DNA of 64,000 bases, from positions 322,338,001-322,402,000 of the forward strand of contig OZ024741.1 in NCBI GenBank assembly GCA_964016885.1, written 5' to 3'. The notes beneath the pieces are model-generated. The model saw only the letters and a list, made by a program, of their open reading frames with translations, did not search any database and was not told where the DNA came from. The translations under genes were made by a program, and so were the position numbers. Source of the DNA: Eledone cirrhosa. Lineage: Eukaryota. Below, piece after piece: positions 29,241 through 44,837 of this stretch; the stretch's first letter is position 1; every line of letters begins with the position of its first letter.

Positions 29241-30498
29241 CACATTTTCCCAGTTTTCGTGCCAGACCTGGAATGTAAATAAGGTATTTGTATTAAGGTA
29301 AGTTCAAGAGTAAGTTAGAGAAAATGGTAGGGAACAATACATATATACATACATATACACACATACATGAATATATATACATGTAGTAAGACGCCTCACG
29401 CTCCATGATAGAACAACGCCGGTTGAGAACGCCAGAAAGAAAAGACAGACAGTCACTGAAAAGCCGACTGAACACACGCCAGATACCAGCCTCTGTACAA
29501 CACCATTGTTTGTGCTACATCAAAAAATAAACGTATATTTCATCTCTAATTTCTGCTGTTATTATGTCACTCGTATCTCGATAACATCTACAACTAATAC
29601 TGCTAAAGTGGTGACCGACGTAAGAATTTAACGCAGCCCTTCTTTTTCATCAATTGAACTTTTATTGCCACATTGTCGGCCTTTTTTTCGCAACTTGTGA
29701 AAATAAAAAATATTCCTTTTAAAATTATCGAAAAGTTAGTAGTATTTCAAAAGACTTTTTGCTACACTCGACAACAACAACGACAGCAGCATCAGCGACA
29801 ACATTGTTTAACCACTGACCAAAACAGGGAATAGTGAGTGGCAGCTTCATAGCCTTACCGACGCAAACCACCACACATCGGAAATATCAAAACGATTCAT
29901 TCGTGTCGATAATTTAGAGCAACTTTTTTTTATTCACTTGAATATTCCATTTCCGTTGCCAACTTTTTCGCAACTTACAGAAGAAAAAAGAAAAAAGTGT
30001 ATTTTTCCAAGGTGGCGTTGCGTTCCTTCCCAGTTTTGTAACGGACACATATTTTGAATTGCGTATGTGTTCCATGACTGATCAAGAGAGAAGAGACTAA
30101 ACTTGTTTTTGTGAACATAACTGCCCCGCATGGGGATATACATGCCTTACCTTTTTCTAAGGGATTTTTAGCCACTGGCTACCTTTGTTGATATCCAACG
30201 CGGATATATTTAAAAAAAAAAAAAAACATTTTTTTTCTTCCTCTTTTTTACCTTATTTGATTTGGCTGGTTCGTTGAAGCAACGCGAGGGGACAGACGTT
30301 GAAGGAAAACATTTTTTTTAAAAGATATATATCTGTATTTTATGTATTTTGAATATTTCCTTATGTTTTGAATGTCTGTTTCTTTTTGCCCTTTAACTTT
30401 TTCTCAATATTGGCTGTTCTCTTTTTACTGTACAAGGGTGCATTAATTGCTCTTTAGATATATAGGGATATATATTTGTTTTAATTTTAAAAGTTGAC

Positions 30499-31275
30499 AT
30501 GAATGTACCACATTTGCCCGCCTTTACTGGAAAACCTAAGATGTGGTTTGCCCAGTTACAGGCGTATTTTACGGTCTGTAAGACCGAATCTGACCAGCGC
30601 CTCGCTGTACTGATTAGCGGCCTTCCCCCTAATCTAGCAGATTCGGTGCAAGACCTAATTACAGACCCCCCCTCTGACTTGACGTATGAGTTTTTGAAGG
30701 GCGAGATTTTGAGGAGGAATTGTAAGTCGGTAGAGAGTCGTTTTCGGTCACTGATCGAGGACGAACGATTAGGTGACAGGACCCCTACCGCTTTTCTCCG
30801 GCATTTGCGGGATTTGAGCGATTCCCAAGATCAGGATAGCCCTTTCCTGAAGCAATTGTTCTTCTCTCGCCTACCTCAAGAGGTACAGGCGATCCTAGCC
30901 CATATGCTAGAGGTGAATACCCTGGATCACATTGCTGTCTCTGCTGACAAAATTGTAGAGGTGACGAAGAGAGACACTTCGAAGCCAAAGTACGTTGCTT
31001 CCTCTTCTCTTCCTCAATCACGCTCATCAGCGTCTGATGACAAATTAATCACCACTATGGAAGCCATGACTCGTCAAATGGCGGAGTTGTGCACGGAATT
31101 CAGGTCCTTTGGACGTCAGAGGAGCCGCTCACGACGTTATTCAACTTCTCGCCACCGTAGCCCTTCCAACACACCAGGAACAACATATTGTTATTACCAT
31201 GAAAGATATGGTAAAAAAGCCGCCCGTTGTAGGCCTCCTTGTGCTTACGAGGGAAAAGACGACCAGAGTCACTAA
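30499..31275 (+). CDS. gag: Gypsy Gag
   Basis: [43 protein letters not shown]. Confidence 0.9.
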   Translation: MNVPHLPAFTGKPKMWFAQLQAYFTVCKTESDQRLAVLISGLPPNLADSVQDLITDPPSDLTYEFLKGEILRRNCKSVESRFRSLIEDERLGDRTPTAFLRHLRDLSDSQDQDSPFLKQLFFSRLPQEVQAILAHMLEVNTLDHIAVSADKIVEVTKRDTSKPKYVASSSLPQSRSSASDDKLITTMEAMTRQMAELCTEFRSFGRQRSRSRRYSTSRHRSPSNTPGTTYCYYHERYGKKAARCRPPCAYEGKDDQSH

Positions 31276-34200
31276 CGGCGGATAGTGCGCTCTGCGAAAC
31301 AACATCTAACCGCCACTTTTTCATTGAGGACCTGCTGTCAGGTAGAGCTTTTCTGGTTGACACAGGTGCAGCTTGTTCCGTATGGCCTGTGTGTTGTATG
31401 AAGGAGACTCCCCCTGAGACGCCTATTGAGTTGCAGGCAGTAAATTGTTCGCCGATTCGAACTTTCGGACAAATCTCGTTACCTTTGCAGTTTCGTAATC
31501 TGCGGCGCGAGTTTAAATGGATATTTACTGTCGCTGCCTTGCCGTATCCGATTCTAGGCGCGGATTTTCTCCACCATTTTTCATTGACGGTGGACCTTCG
31601 TGGTAAACGCCTAATTGATGGCATCACGGGATTAACTGTTGTTGGCAAAGCAGCAGGAGTTCCAACGGTTAGCCCGACATTTTTTCTTGCTAACACCGGT
31701 GATCCTTTCCATGCGTTGTTGAACTCGTTCCCGCAACTGACACAGGGGAATTTTCGATTTGATGAACCTACTCATACCACGGAGCACTTCATATCTACAA
31801 CTGGTGCTCCCGTTTTCTCTCGTCCTCGTCGCTTGCCTCCGGACAAACTCAAAGCAGCACGATCAGAATTTGATCATATGCTGCAAATGGGGATTATTCG
31901 TCCGTCCACGAGCCCGTGGGCGTCCCCATTGCACATGGTACCGAAAGCGAATGGCGATTGGAGACCTACTGGAGATTATCGACGCCTGAATTCGATAACG
32001 GTACCGGACCGTTATCCTATCCCTCATCTGCAAGACTTTGCGTCTTCGTTGCAGGGATGCAAGATATTCTCCAAACTGGATTTAATTCGTGCGTACCATC
32101 AAATTCCTGTCCATAAAAATGACATTCCAAAAACGGCTATAGTTACGCCATTTGGGTCTTTCGAGTTTTTGACTATGCCGTTCGGATTAAGGAATGCCGC
32201 TAGTACTTTTCAGCGGTTTATGGATGAGGTTACTCGCGGCCTCGATTTCGTCTATACCTATATTGACGATCTGCTCATTGCTAGTTCTTCTCCAGAGCAG
32301 CATACGCACCATTTGAATCTTCTTTTCCGCCGATTGAAGGCGTATAACGTGCAGCTTAATGCACCCAAATGTGTTTTTGGTGCTGAGTCACTGACTTTCT
32401 TGGGTCACGTCATCGATGCTGACGGAATTCGACCCCGGCCTGAGCGAGTTAAGGTCATAGAGGATTTGCCTCCACCGACCTCACTACGTCAGTTACGCCA
32501 GTTCTTAGGTCTGGTTAACTTTTATAGGCGTTTCGTGCCAAATTGTGCCAAGTTGCTTTTCTCCCTGACAGAAATTTTGAAAAATTGTCGGAGGAAGAAC
32601 AAAGATATTTCTTTGACAGACACTCAACTTGCTGATTTTCAGCACGCCAAAACTGTTTTGGCTAATGCTTCGTTACTGACTCACCCGGTACCCGGTGCAA
32701 AGCTAACGCTTTGTGTTGATGCATCGGATATCGCTGTGGGCGCAGTACTACAGCAAAACATCAATGGTTACCAACAACCGCTGGAGTTTTTTTCCAAAAA
32801 GCTAAATCCTGCTGAGACGCGCTACAGCACCTTTGGAAGAGAGCTTTTAGCCATCTATTTGGCCGTGAAACATTTTTCACATGTGCTAGAGGGTAGACAA
32901 TTTACTATCCTCACTGACCATAAACCATTGACTTTTGCTTTGAGAGCGAAGGCTGATAAATACTCGCCCAGAGAGACGAGACACCTTGATTTCATCTCGC
33001 AATATACGAGTGATATCCAGCACATTCCGGGTTCACTAAATACAGCGGCCGATGCTTTGTTCCGCTTGCCCGTGACAGCGATCTCGTCATCCTCTGACAT
33101 AGATCTGACTCGTTTGGCTGCGGATCAGCCTCCCCTTGAGTCATTGGATGTCACATCGCCCGAGTTTGCGAATTGCGAGATGAAATACTTGCCTCTGTCG
33201 ACTGCAGTTGGCCAAATTCTCTGCGACGTCTCTTTGGACGTGCCTAGGCCCTTCGTTCCAGAGAATCATCGTCGGACCGTGTTTCTGGGATTACATTGTA
33301 TCTCGCATCCAGGATCTTCTGCCACAGCAAAGCTCATATCAGCTAGATTTTTCTGGCCAAATATGAGGCGTGAAATTGCTGCTTGGTGCCGTTCCTGCGT
33401 CGCTTGCCAGAGATCAAAGGTCCATCGACACGTCAAGGCTCCCCTGGGTACCTTTGCTAACCCAGATGCGCGTTTTTCGCATATTCATATTGACATAGTG
33501 GGACCTTGGCCTGTCAGCGATGGTTTTTCTTATCTACTTACCGTCATTGTCCGTTTTTCGAGATGGCCTGAGGCCATCCCCTTGAAAAACATCACCGCGG
33601 AGACAACAGCACGTGCTCTTGTGTCTGGATGGATCTCTCGTTATGGAGTTCCATCCACAATAACTACCGACCGTGGACGACAGTTCGAGTCGAGCCTTTT
33701 CCTCGAGCTGTCAAAAATAATTGGTGCTAAACGCATTCGAACTACGGCATACCATCCCGCTTCGAATGGTATGGTGGAGCGTTTTCACCGCCAACTGAAG
33801 GCCTCCTTAATGGCCTCAATGGACTCGGCGCATTGGAGCGAGTACCTCCCTATTGTGCTACTAGGGATTCGGTCAACGGTGAAGGTCGACTTTGGATTTT
33901 CACCGGCCGAAGTACTGTACGGTGCCCCTCTGACGTTGCCCGGGCAAATGCTTGCCCCTATCGATCTTGATGCCCAAGATCACGCTTCCTACGTGTCCCG
34001 TTTGCGCTCCTATTTCCAGGATTTGCCGCCAATGGACACTAGGAAACAAACTGTCAAGACTGCTGTCCCGAGGGATATTGCCTCGTGGACGCATGTCTTT
34101 GTAAGGAATGATACGGTGAAGCCACCGCTCACACAGCCTTACACTGGACCTTACCGTGTCTTAGCGCGCTCGGCTAAGCATTTCACGTTAGATATTAAGG

Positions 34201-34433
34201 GGTCCAGGGTGACAGTTACATTAGACAGGCTTAAGCAGGCGCACCTTGATACGGACGCTGTGGTTCCTGATCCACGAACCCCTTCGTATTTGCCTGTTGA
34301 GCGAACGACTGTTCCTGATCCACCATCATCGCCTGTCCCTACACCACCACCATCGCCACGTTACAAGACCACGACCCGTTCAGGTCGTAGGGTCCACTGG
34401 CCAAAAAAACTTTGCAGCACCGTCTATATTTAG
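31239..34433 (+). CDS. pol: Gypsy Pol (PR-RT-RH-IN), probably expressed by -1 frameshift
   Basis: FLVDTGA protease, YIDD RT, DASD RNase H, H-H-C-C zinc finger, HIDIVGP / TDRGRQF / GMVERFHR integrase, GPY motif; 1064 open codons. Confidence 0.95.
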   Translation: MCLRGKRRPESLTADSALCETTSNRHFFIEDLLSGRAFLVDTGAACSVWPVCCMKETPPETPIELQAVNCSPIRTFGQISLPLQFRNLRREFKWIFTVAALPYPILGADFLHHFSLTVDLRGKRLIDGITGLTVVGKAAGVPTVSPTFFLANTGDPFHALLNSFPQLTQGNFRFDEPTHTTEHFISTTGAPVFSRPRRLPPDKLKAARSEFDHMLQMGIIRPSTSPWASPLHMVPKANGDWRPTGDYRRLNSITVPDRYPIPHLQDFASSLQGCKIFSKLDLIRAYHQIPVHKNDIPKTAIVTPFGSFEFLTMPFGLRNAASTFQRFMDEVTRGLDFVYTYIDDLLIASSSPEQHTHHLNLLFRRLKAYNVQLNAPKCVFGAESLTFLGHVIDADGIRPRPERVKVIEDLPPPTSLRQLRQFLGLVNFYRRFVPNCAKLLFSLTEILKNCRRKNKDISLTDTQLADFQHAKTVLANASLLTHPVPGAKLTLCVDASDIAVGAVLQQNINGYQQPLEFFSKKLNPAETRYSTFGRELLAIYLAVKHFSHVLEGRQFTILTDHKPLTFALRAKADKYSPRETRHLDFISQYTSDIQHIPGSLNTAADALFRLPVTAISSSSDIDLTRLAADQPPLESLDVTSPEFANCEMKYLPLSTAVGQILCDVSLDVPRPFVPENHRRTVFLGLHCISHPGSSATAKLISARFFWPNMRREIAAWCRSCVACQRSKVHRHVKAPLGTFANPDARFSHIHIDIVGPWPVSDGFSYLLTVIVRFSRWPEAIPLKNITAETTARALVSGWISRYGVPSTITTDRGRQFESSLFLELSKIIGAKRIRTTAYHPASNGMVERFHRQLKASLMASMDSAHWSEYLPIVLLGIRSTVKVDFGFSPAEVLYGAPLTLPGQMLAPIDLDAQDHASYVSRLRSYFQDLPPMDTRKQTVKTAVPRDIASWTHVFVRNDTVKPPLTQPYTGPYRVLARSAKHFTLDIKGSRVTVTLDRLKQAHLDTDAVVPDPRTPSYLPVERTTVPDPPSSPVPTPPPSPRYKTTTRSGRRVHWPKKLCSTVYI
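31251..31257 (+). promoter_or_regulatory. Putative -1 ribosomal frameshift slippery site G GGA AAA
   Basis: X XXY YYZ heptamer in gag frame within the gag/pol overlap; equivalent G GGA AAC at 50089-50095 in the second Gypsy. Confidence 0.75.
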
Positions 34434-34965
34434 ACTATGTTAGCTGCACCTTTTTTTTGGCCTCTGTGTTTCTGCTTTTTCTTTGCCTTGTTTTTTTTTA
34501 TGCATGCATGTCGTTTTTTTTTTTTTTAGCATTTTTCAAATCCTTATTCTGGATTCAATTTTTGCTAGAGCGGATAGCTCCCCCTTGTTGCATTGTTCGC
34601 CATCTTACTCCACATGTGAGTAATGACATGGATTTTCGATAATTTGAAAATCTGGCTCGAGGTACTGTAGTAAGACGCCTCACGCTCCTTGATAGAACAA
34701 CGCCGGTTGAGAACGCCAGAAAGAAAAGACAGACAGCCACTGAAAAGCCGACTGAACACACGCCAGAAACCAGCCTCTGTACAACACCATTGTTTGTGCT
34801 ACATCAAAAAATAAACGTATATTTCATCTCTAATTTCTGCTGTTATTATGTCACTCGTATCTCGATAACATCTACAACTAATACTGCTAAATACATATGT
34901 GTATATGTTTATATATATTGTTATACTTGGGGAGGGTCATATTGTTGTAATAATATTGCCAGAAA

Positions 34966-35112
34966 TAATTGTTTCTACTTTTGGCACAAGGCCAGCAATT
35001 ACCCAGTGCATAACTGGTACTTTATTTTATCGACCCCGTAAGGAGGAAAGGCAAAGTTAATCTCAGTGGGATTTGAACTCAGAATAGCAAGGGCCGTAAC
35101 TCTATGCGTCAA
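34966..35112 (-). mobile_element. tRNA-derived SINE, 5'-truncated
   Basis: Reverse SINE body. Confidence 0.75.
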
Positions 35113-35271
35113 ATATTGCTAGAAATAATAACAGAACACACCCACTGTTTGGTTGGTTTTCGCTTCTGCATCTTTTATATCGCCATAGTTAATTTATTTG
35201 GGAATCAATGTTTATCATTGACTGACCAACGGTTAAAAATACAGATATAAATATATATATATATATATAGT

Positions 35272-35317
35272 GTAACAAAGTTCTTTCGTTGCACGTCTGC
35301 AACATCATCAGTGGTAC
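35272..35317 (-). ncRNA. Minimal hammerhead-like motif
   Basis: gtacca CTGATGA t-gttgca-gacg-tgcaac GAAA gaac TT tgttac; adjacent to (TA)n. Confidence 0.6.
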
Positions 35318-35435
35318 TATTATCACGTTTCTTCCTATTCCATTGTATTGTAGTGTTTACGCCATTTTTATTTAATTAATTAATTAATTTATTTATATAT
35401 ATATTTATAAACGAATACACAAACATTCACAGATA

Positions 35436-35725
35436 CTGCGTGGCTTAAAGGTTATGGTGGTTGTCTCTCGATCTTAAGGTCATGAGTTGGATTCCCAGTG
35501 GCGCATTGTGACCTTAAGTAAGACACTTTATTTCACGTTGCTCCAATCTACTCAGCTGATAGAAGGTTGTAATAGTAATTCAAAAAGCCAGCCTTGTTAT
35601 ATACAGTGTCACGCTGAGTTTCGCTGAGAATTATATTAATGGTACAGATGTTTGTGGAATGGTCAACTTCTTGCAAGTTAATTTCATGAGCAGCCATTCC
35701 TTTTATCTAGAACACTCATCGTCGG
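35436..35725 (+). mobile_element. Second SINE family (tRNA-like head)
   Basis: gcgtggcttaaaggtt...gagttggattccc (A/B-box-like) followed by gtgaccttaagtaagacacttt. Confidence 0.5.
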
Positions 35726-36415
35726 AACCGACTGAGGTCCAACACAATACACTCTGTTGCCCCAGAAAGCACCGTATTATAGAACAAATTTGAAAGTCTG
35801 CGGGAGGATGTGTGTGTTGGATAAGTTTGTAGAGGAGAAACAGGGGGGGGGGGAGTAGGAGCAACGAACGTGTGTAATTGTTCTAATGTAGTACAAGAGA
35901 ACAGCTGGCTTGTTTTGAGTCCCATAATCTGACAAACCGGATTGGTCAGTACAGGACACCGATATAGGCGGTGATTAGTTCACTAAGACAAGCTGCTCTT
36001 TAAAAAAAAAGGTTTAATTAAATAGGTGGAAACTCTAGCATTTATGGTGACTATTTGTAGTTTAGTAGTGATAAAGGTGATGGTAGTGGTGGTGTTAATG
36101 TCGTGGTGATGGTGGCGTTGACGTGGTAGTGGCGTGCTGGCTGTGTTGTTGGTGATGGTGATAGTAGTGGTGATGTTATTATTGGTGGTGGTTGTGGGTG
36201 TGATGTTGTTGTTGTTGTTGGTGGTGGTGGGTGTGGTGTACGATCATTCAAGTGATACCTACATTAACTTATTGTCTTTTCCTTTCTCTTTGACTGGAAA
36301 GCTTCTAAATTGTTCTTATAAAGTGTCCTTCACGTGTGAGTGAACACAGACAGTCTTCACAGTCACTTACACACATATTACCTACATACAAAGATGTACA
36401 CACACATACACACAT

Positions 36416-36519
<104 letters not shown>

Positions 36520-36629
36520 TTACATTAGCAAATAACTCTGCATTACCAGCGGTTTCAAGACGACAACACGTATATCATCATCACATCATGATGGCGTTAT
36601 GTATTGATTACTTTCGTTTCTATCAACTC

Positions 36630-36894
36630 GTATAAACCTGTAGGTTGAGGAAGATAAACTGATGGAAGACAGGAACACCTACAAAACGTATTCCTTGTGT
36701 TGAGGGTTGTTATATCCACGGGGTGTAAAACAACCCTGCAGTCACGTTCCCCCCTACTGGGGATTTCAATTGTTATTTTATTATATATAGTTTATTGTTA
36801 TTTATTAATGTTACAGTTATTTTTATGTAAAACCCCCGCCGTCACGTCTTGTAATGTCCCATTATTGTACGCCCCTGTGGCAAATAAAGAAAGA

Positions 36895-36972
<78 letters not shown>

Positions 36973-37872
36973 ATCAGTGGAGACTCCACTTCGTCATTCT
37001 ATAGAGGGTTGGTCCGCAGCAAGTGCGACGACGCGCTCGGTGAAACTCTAGGCGTGGAGGAAGATGAACTGGCCAGTCTGTTCGGTAGGACCTTCCGCCC
37101 GGGACCGATGGACAACTTCCAAAAGTCCCTGGCCTGGCAGTGCTACCGAGGAGCTCTACCAGTTCGAGACAAGCTCTACAGACATGGGCGCCCGGGCAGG
37201 GACCCTGCAAAAAAGATCTGTCCGAGGTGCGTGCGAGACGAAGAAACCGTCGCGCACGCATTCATACACTGCCCGGGCGTCACTGACCTGTGGGGCTATG
37301 TAGAACGACTATTGTCGCGGGTGGGACCAATCCAGTTGACCACCGAGTCCATTGTCATGATCAAACCGCCACCCTCCTTCAAAAACGAAGGAGAGGCGGT
37401 TTTCCTTTGTGTGATAGCTATGGCGAAAGAGGTTGTATGGTGGACAAGGTTGAAAGGGCTGAGGTCAGACACCTTTCTCTCCGGCCAACAACTGATTCTT
37501 TTTTTCAAATACCACTTTGGAAGAAGAATCAGGATGGAGAGAGAGGTGCTGTACCCCAGCAAGTTTTATGAAAGGTGGGTGAAAGTGGCGAGAATGGCCC
37601 GAGTGAATGGGCCTTCTCTCTATATCAGCCTGTAGGTTGAGGAAAAGGAGGAGGAGAGGAAAGGAGTACAAGCTCTTCGTACTCCTGGAGATGAGGGTTG
37701 CACATTTTTTTCGGGGGTCTGTGTTACCCATATAAACTGTCTCCCTCTATTGGGGAAAATCGACTAACTTTTAAATTCCATCTGTGATAACATTTTACAC
37801 GTTTTTATTGTATGTAAACTTCCCCCTTTGTATTTGTCCCCTTCTTTTGTGCCCCTGTGGCTAATAAAGAAA
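36630..37872 (+). mobile_element. Two stacked 3' fragments of Tx1/L1-like LINEs (36630-36892; 36973-37872) separated by (TATC)n
   Basis: CPRC-x4-ETVAHAFIHC zinc knuckle; 3' ends ccctgtggcWaataaagaaa + (TATC)n. Confidence 0.85.
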
Positions 37873-38558
37873 TATATCTATCTATCTAGCTATCTAGCTA
37901 GCTAGTTAGCTAGCTATATATTCATATATATATTAAGGTGTTCGCTCTAACATATCTGAATACATATCTATCTATCTATCTATCTAGCTATCTAGCTAGC
38001 TAGTTAGCTAGCTATATATTCATATATATATTAAGGTGTTCGCTCTAACATATCTGAATACATATAACTATGAGGACTTTCTTTATTTAGTGATATATGA
38101 TATGTTTATGAATAAACGTTTGAAAGCCCTCAGCTATGAATTTTGGATTCCAACAGAAGCAATGGTGGGCAACTGTCGACTACGGGGGTTGCGTTTCTGA
38201 CACTAGCCGTTATCAAGACAGTGCTCCCTTACACTGCTCTCTGCTGAAACTCAACACAGACGAAAAATCTCTCTCTCTCCCTCTCTTTACACACACACAC
38301 ATATATATGTCAAACAAAATAAATGAAATATATATTTCATTTATTTTGTTTGACCTGTTTAGCTTGCCTCGGCTTAGATGGTTGATGGCTTCTTGACCGC
38401 CATCTCAGTTTGTTTGGCCTTTATAACCTATGTTTATTGCTCTGGTTTCTATTTGGTCCATGGAACGCTTGCCAGCATAACTCAGATATTGCGGTTCGCT
38501 TGTTTTCGACCCTGTCCGAAATACGAATCTCGCTGAAATGATATTTATATATATATAT

Positions 38559-38645
<87 letters not shown>

Positions 38646-38732
38646 AAAGGTAAACAGAAATAACAACACAATCGGTACAGTATATGGAAAATATATATTA
38701 GGTTAACGCTTGATATAGCAAGAAGAGGGTCT

Positions 38733-38759
38733 TAACGTTTCGGACGCTAGTCCTTCATC

Positions 38760-38761
<2 letters not shown>
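38733..38761 (-). ncRNA. Minimal hammerhead-like motif
   Basis: CTGATGA a-ggac-tagc-gtcc GAAA cgtta; stem I 5' side truncated at (TA)n. Confidence 0.6.
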
Positions 38762-38799
<38 letters not shown>

Positions 38800-40176
38800 C
38801 AGTATGTTAGAATGTTACCACAATCCATTTATTACGTAATCGCTGTTGTGCGTATTTTGATGTTGTCTGTTACGTACTCCTCAGAAATGATCTTCAGATA
38901 GTCTTTCCCTTGCATAAACATCACTGATGTAAGTTTTTATGTGATATCCCGTCGCTGATTAAGTGGATCCCGTGATTAGATCACAGGGTTTTCTGCTGCT
39001 AGGAAGAAAGATTGAGCCTAATCGGTAAATTTCGAATTAAGTTAAAGCCACTCTCAAGTTTACTTTAACTCATCTGTTGCTAGATATTATTGAACACAAC
39101 CGTTTGAATAACGTAATCAGGCTATTCCCGATATAGTGGTGAAAAGTTAGCCATATGTGTTCATTAACTAGAGCGTTTACAAAGCGGAAAGTATAGGGTG
39201 AGTGAAACTTTGTTGATATTTCTAAGAGTGGGGCAAGGGAAAGAACATTTACTCTGAGAAATGCTCTATTAACAGAATATTATTAACAGAAATTTGTAAA
39301 CAGAATAAATATTAACAGAAATTTTAAACAGAATTTTGTAAAAATTTACATTAAACATATATAAATGGACATCTCTGTAGTTTCCAACGATAAATGTTCC
39401 AATTGTTCGATGGCGGGTGACAAAGCTGGTCCATACGAATTTCAAGTACAACTCACTTTTGCAAACTGAGTAGACTGGAGCAAATAAAGCATTTTGTTCA
39501 AGGACATAAAGAGCTGCCCGTTCCTGGAATCGAACCTACAATTCCACCATCCTGAACCGAACCTTCTTTTTTTCTTATTTCTTTTTTATTTCGTAACTCC
39601 CATGAGAGTCGTAAAGGGCCTGATTGGACATACGGCGTTTCTAGGCCATTTTAAAACCTGGTGGAGACCATCTCCTCTTCAGGCCTGAATACCGCAGATT
39701 TCTTCCAGAAAAGGATAGAGAGTGAAAGAATAGAAGTGAGAAAGAGACATTGAGGAAGAATCGGCCCCAGAACTAGACTGGTACATTTTGTTATCGACGT
39801 TGAATGGATGAAATGCAAACTTGAGCTCAGCAGGATTTGAACTGAAGAAGAGAGCCGAAACGAATACCACAAAGCATTCTATCTGCCAATTCACCACCTA
39901 GCCGAACCTTCACTAACCGAAAATGAATTTAATATAATAAATGTCAACAGAAATATGCGAAAATATATTGGCTACAAAAAACATTTGTGAATATAGTTTT
40001 ATAAAATACGACATAAGTTATAGAAATATAACGAGAATAAATTGGATAAATTTCTTGTACAAACAATTAATAAATATGACATGAAACACACGTTCTGCAG
40101 AGTTATACATTCTAGAAAAGATGTTAGACTAATATCATATATTCACATATGCCATATAGAAGAATATGTTATATAA

Positions 40177-40779
40177 AACGGCTGAGCAGCCTAATTTGCA
40201 TATCGAGTGAGTTAATCGGCCGGACGTACCGAAAACGATAATTGGCAAAAATGAAATTTCATTTCTTACTCTTAGTACGGCTGATACTTAAATATAAGTA
40301 TGTATACGTACATACATATATGTATACAGACGTACAGTAGTATGTATATACATACATACATGCACAAATATATACATGTAAGTATGGGTATACTGAACAT
40401 TTATTATAATGTTCAGCCGGTAATATGCACAAGGAAAGTATATACTTTCAAGCGTTCAATCAACTGACAGGAAGGTATACGGTGCTGATGACAGATAATA
40501 AGCTAGAAACTAGTTCATCGTTCCTGTGTCAATGTTGAACAAAATGGCAACGATGGTTGCCGAACACTGTTCGGCTAATAATTCGGGTTGTTTGTTTACA
40601 AAGAAACCGAGCATTATAATAAATGTTCGGTAAACCCATACGTACATGTATATATGTGTGCATGTATGTATGTATATACATACTACTATACGTCTGTATA
40701 CATATATGTATGTACGTATACATACTTATATTTAAGTATCAGCCGTACTAAGAGTGAGAAATGAAATTTCATTTTTTGC
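40177..40779. mobile_element. Family B unit, different permutation; HHR 40480-40520(+)
   Basis: Minus-sense arm 40177-40413, plus-sense arm 40413-40779; cggtg CTGATGA ... GAAA ctag TT catcg. Confidence 0.8.
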
Positions 40780-40871
40780 ATTAATATATACATACATATA
40801 TATATATATATATATACATATATTATGAAAGTAAAACAAAGAAGCCTTCAATACATCAAAAGTCTTTATTA

Positions 40872-40909
40872 GCCAACAATGTTTCGTCCTATTAAGGACT
40901 CATCAGGGC
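40872..40909 (-). ncRNA. Minimal hammerhead ribozyme
   Basis: gcc CTGATGA gtcct-taat-aggac GAAA cattg TT ggc, inside a ~155-bp island between (TA)n tracts. Confidence 0.7.
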
Positions 40910-40989
40910 AATTAAAACACATTCATTTCTATAATACGAAGAGGGTGTTTAACTCCAACACGCTCCAGTATTTTAATCCTTATATATAC

Positions 40990-41036
<47 letters not shown>

Positions 41037-41368
41037 TGACGGCCATTTGACTTTGCCTTTCATCCTTACGGGGTCGATAAAATAAAGTACCAGTAATGCA
41101 CTGGGTAATTGCTGGCCTTGTGCCTAAAGTAGAAACAATTATTATTATTATAACTATTATAATTATCATTGTATTTCTAATTACTGAGATAATCCTTATC
41201 GTTGATTACACCTATAGTTTATCACCTGTAATGGTACATTTAATATCACTGTTATTACATGTAATACGTGAAATTTTTATTCTTTATTTTATATGCATGT
41301 GTATGTATGTGTGTATGAACGTGTGTTTCATGTCATATCTATGTATATTTATTATTATTACTATATTA

Positions 41369-41454
<86 letters not shown>

Positions 41455-41459
41455 ATGTA

Positions 41460-41563
<104 letters not shown>

Positions 41564-41699
41564 ATAAGAAACGGAGAATCAGTGGTGTGACGGTGTGCGT
41601 GTGTGTGTGTGTGAGTCCGTGTGTGTGACTATGTTACACATTTATTTAATGTTTCATTATAATGTAATATTATTTTTACCATCATCATCGTCTTCATTA

Positions 41700-41895
41700 T
41701 TAGAACGCCGGGCAACATGCTTTGCAGCATAGAGTTACGTCCTTTACGTTCTGAGTTCAAATCCCTCCGAGGTTAGCTTTGCCTTTCAACCTTACGGGGT
41801 CGATAAATAAAGTACCAGTAAAGCACTGGGGTCGCTTTTATCGACTTTCCCCCTCCCTCAAATTGCTGGCCTTGTGCCTATAGAAGAAATCATTA
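41700..41895 (+). mobile_element. tRNA-derived SINE (another 3' half lies at 41043-41140)
   Basis: gagttcaaatccc...gataaataaagtaccagt...ggccttgtgcc. Confidence 0.75.
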
Positions 41896-42484
41896 TTGTA
41901 ATTGGTGTAGTTATTGTTGTTGTTCTCATGGAAGTTGTTGCCGTTGAACACAACTGCGGCTGGAAGACAGTCATAAAAGAAGGCCGGAAATACTGTCGTC
42001 ATCACTAGAGAAAATGGCGCTAGTCTGGCCTGAGGCAAAGGAACTAATGGACCACATGTTGATTTAGTGGTAAACATGTCAAGAATTAAGTATTGGAATT
42101 TTACCCAGACCCTACAAAATCAACCAATCAGAAGGTGGATACATCTACTACTAGAATCTAATAAATATAGAGATCCATATGCCTGCTGCCATCACAACAG
42201 GATGGTAATACATATCCCTACGATTGCTTACGAATCTGATGAAGTCACATGCATAACCATGTAACAGAAATATATATCATGCAATAAAGTAATATGGTGA
42301 AATAATTCCGTCTTTACTACTCTTATTTGATACATGAATACTTCGTCATTTCTAATCACGAGCTCTTAGCTGGGATAAACTACTGACGTGGAGTGTTTTT
42401 AGATCGCTCGGACCGGCTCACTCCCAAGAAGTTACAACGTAACAACTGCGTATAACTTACCTCCTGCAACAATATATATATATA

Positions 42485-42558
<74 letters not shown>

Positions 42559-42718
42559 ATATTACGGCGTAATTCGGGCTGTTTGTTTGTTTACAAACTA
42601 ACAAACCGAGCATCATAATAAATGTTCGGTAAACCGATACGTGCATATATATATGTGTGCATGTATGTATATATATACATACTACTGCACGTCTGTATAC
42701 ATATATGTATGTACGCAT

Positions 42719-43724
<1,006 letters not shown>

Positions 43725-43737
43725 CATATATATATAT

Positions 43738-44250
43738 GTATGTATACGTACATACATATATGTATACAGACGTACAGTAGTATGTATATATATACACACA
43801 TATATATATGCACGTATCGGTTTACCGAATATTTATTATAATGCTCGGTTTGTTTGTTTGTAAACAAACAAACAGCCCGAATTACGCCGTACAGTGTTTA
43901 GGAAACAACATCACCTTTTTGTTCAACACTGACACAGGTTCGATGTACTAGTTTCAAGCTTATTAGCTATCGTCAGCATCGTATACCTTCCTGCCAGATG
44001 GTTGAACGTCTGAAAGTATATACTTTCCTTATGCATATTAACGGCTGAGCAGCCTAATTTGCATATCGACTGAGTTCAGTCGGCCGGGCACACCGAAAAC
44101 GATAAATGGAATAGAATGAAACGAAATTTCATTTCTCACTCTTAGTACGACACTTAAATGTAAGTATGTATGTATGTATACGTACATACATATATGTATA
44201 CAGACGTACAGTAGTATGTGTATATATATATACACACATGCACACGTATA
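43738..44250 (-). mobile_element. Family B longer-than-monomer copy; HHR 43941-43981; inverted partner at 42562-42720
   Basis: Direct repeat gtatacgtacatacatatatgtatacagacgtacagtag at 43742 and 44176 (period 434); cgatg CTGACGA tagctaataagctt GAAA ctag TA catcg on minus strand. Confidence 0.82.
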
Positions 44251-44395
<145 letters not shown>

Positions 44396-44444
44396 TATAT
44401 ATACTCTTTTACTCTTTTACCTGTTTCAGCCAGGTTCATTGATT

Positions 44445-44837
44445 AATCAATGCATATAGTTTTACAATAGATTAGAAGCACTCAACAGTTAGGTTTTCTG
44501 GAGTTATTAATATTACTTCAAAATATTAATAAATATAGCCATTTATGTTATCAAATATATTTTATTATATATATTTCAGAGGTACTGAGCTGTTTCATCA
44601 GTACGTCCTCATCAGATAAAATAAATTGATGTCTGACATACCTCAACTGTGCTGATGGTTCAATTCCAGTTTTGCTGCCAAGACTGGAATTGAACCATCA
44701 GCACAGTTGAGGTATGTCAGACATCAATTTATTTTATCTGATGAGGACGTACTGATGAAACAGCTCAGTACCTCTGAAATATATATAATAAAATATATTT
44801 GATAACATAAATGGCTATATTTATTAATATTTTGAAG

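Larger units (their letters stand above)
29382..34891 (+). mobile_element. Full-length Gypsy/Ty3 LTR retrotransposon
   Basis: 226-bp LTRs 29382-29607 and 34666-34891 (3 mismatches counted), TSD TACA, tRNA-Trp-like PBS tggtgacc--gacgt, gag + pol. Confidence 0.95.

Noticed and set aside
37874-38065. ~98-bp tandem duplication; also a 51-bp in-frame duplication in gag at 49744-49845
   Set aside because: Ordinary local slippage duplications
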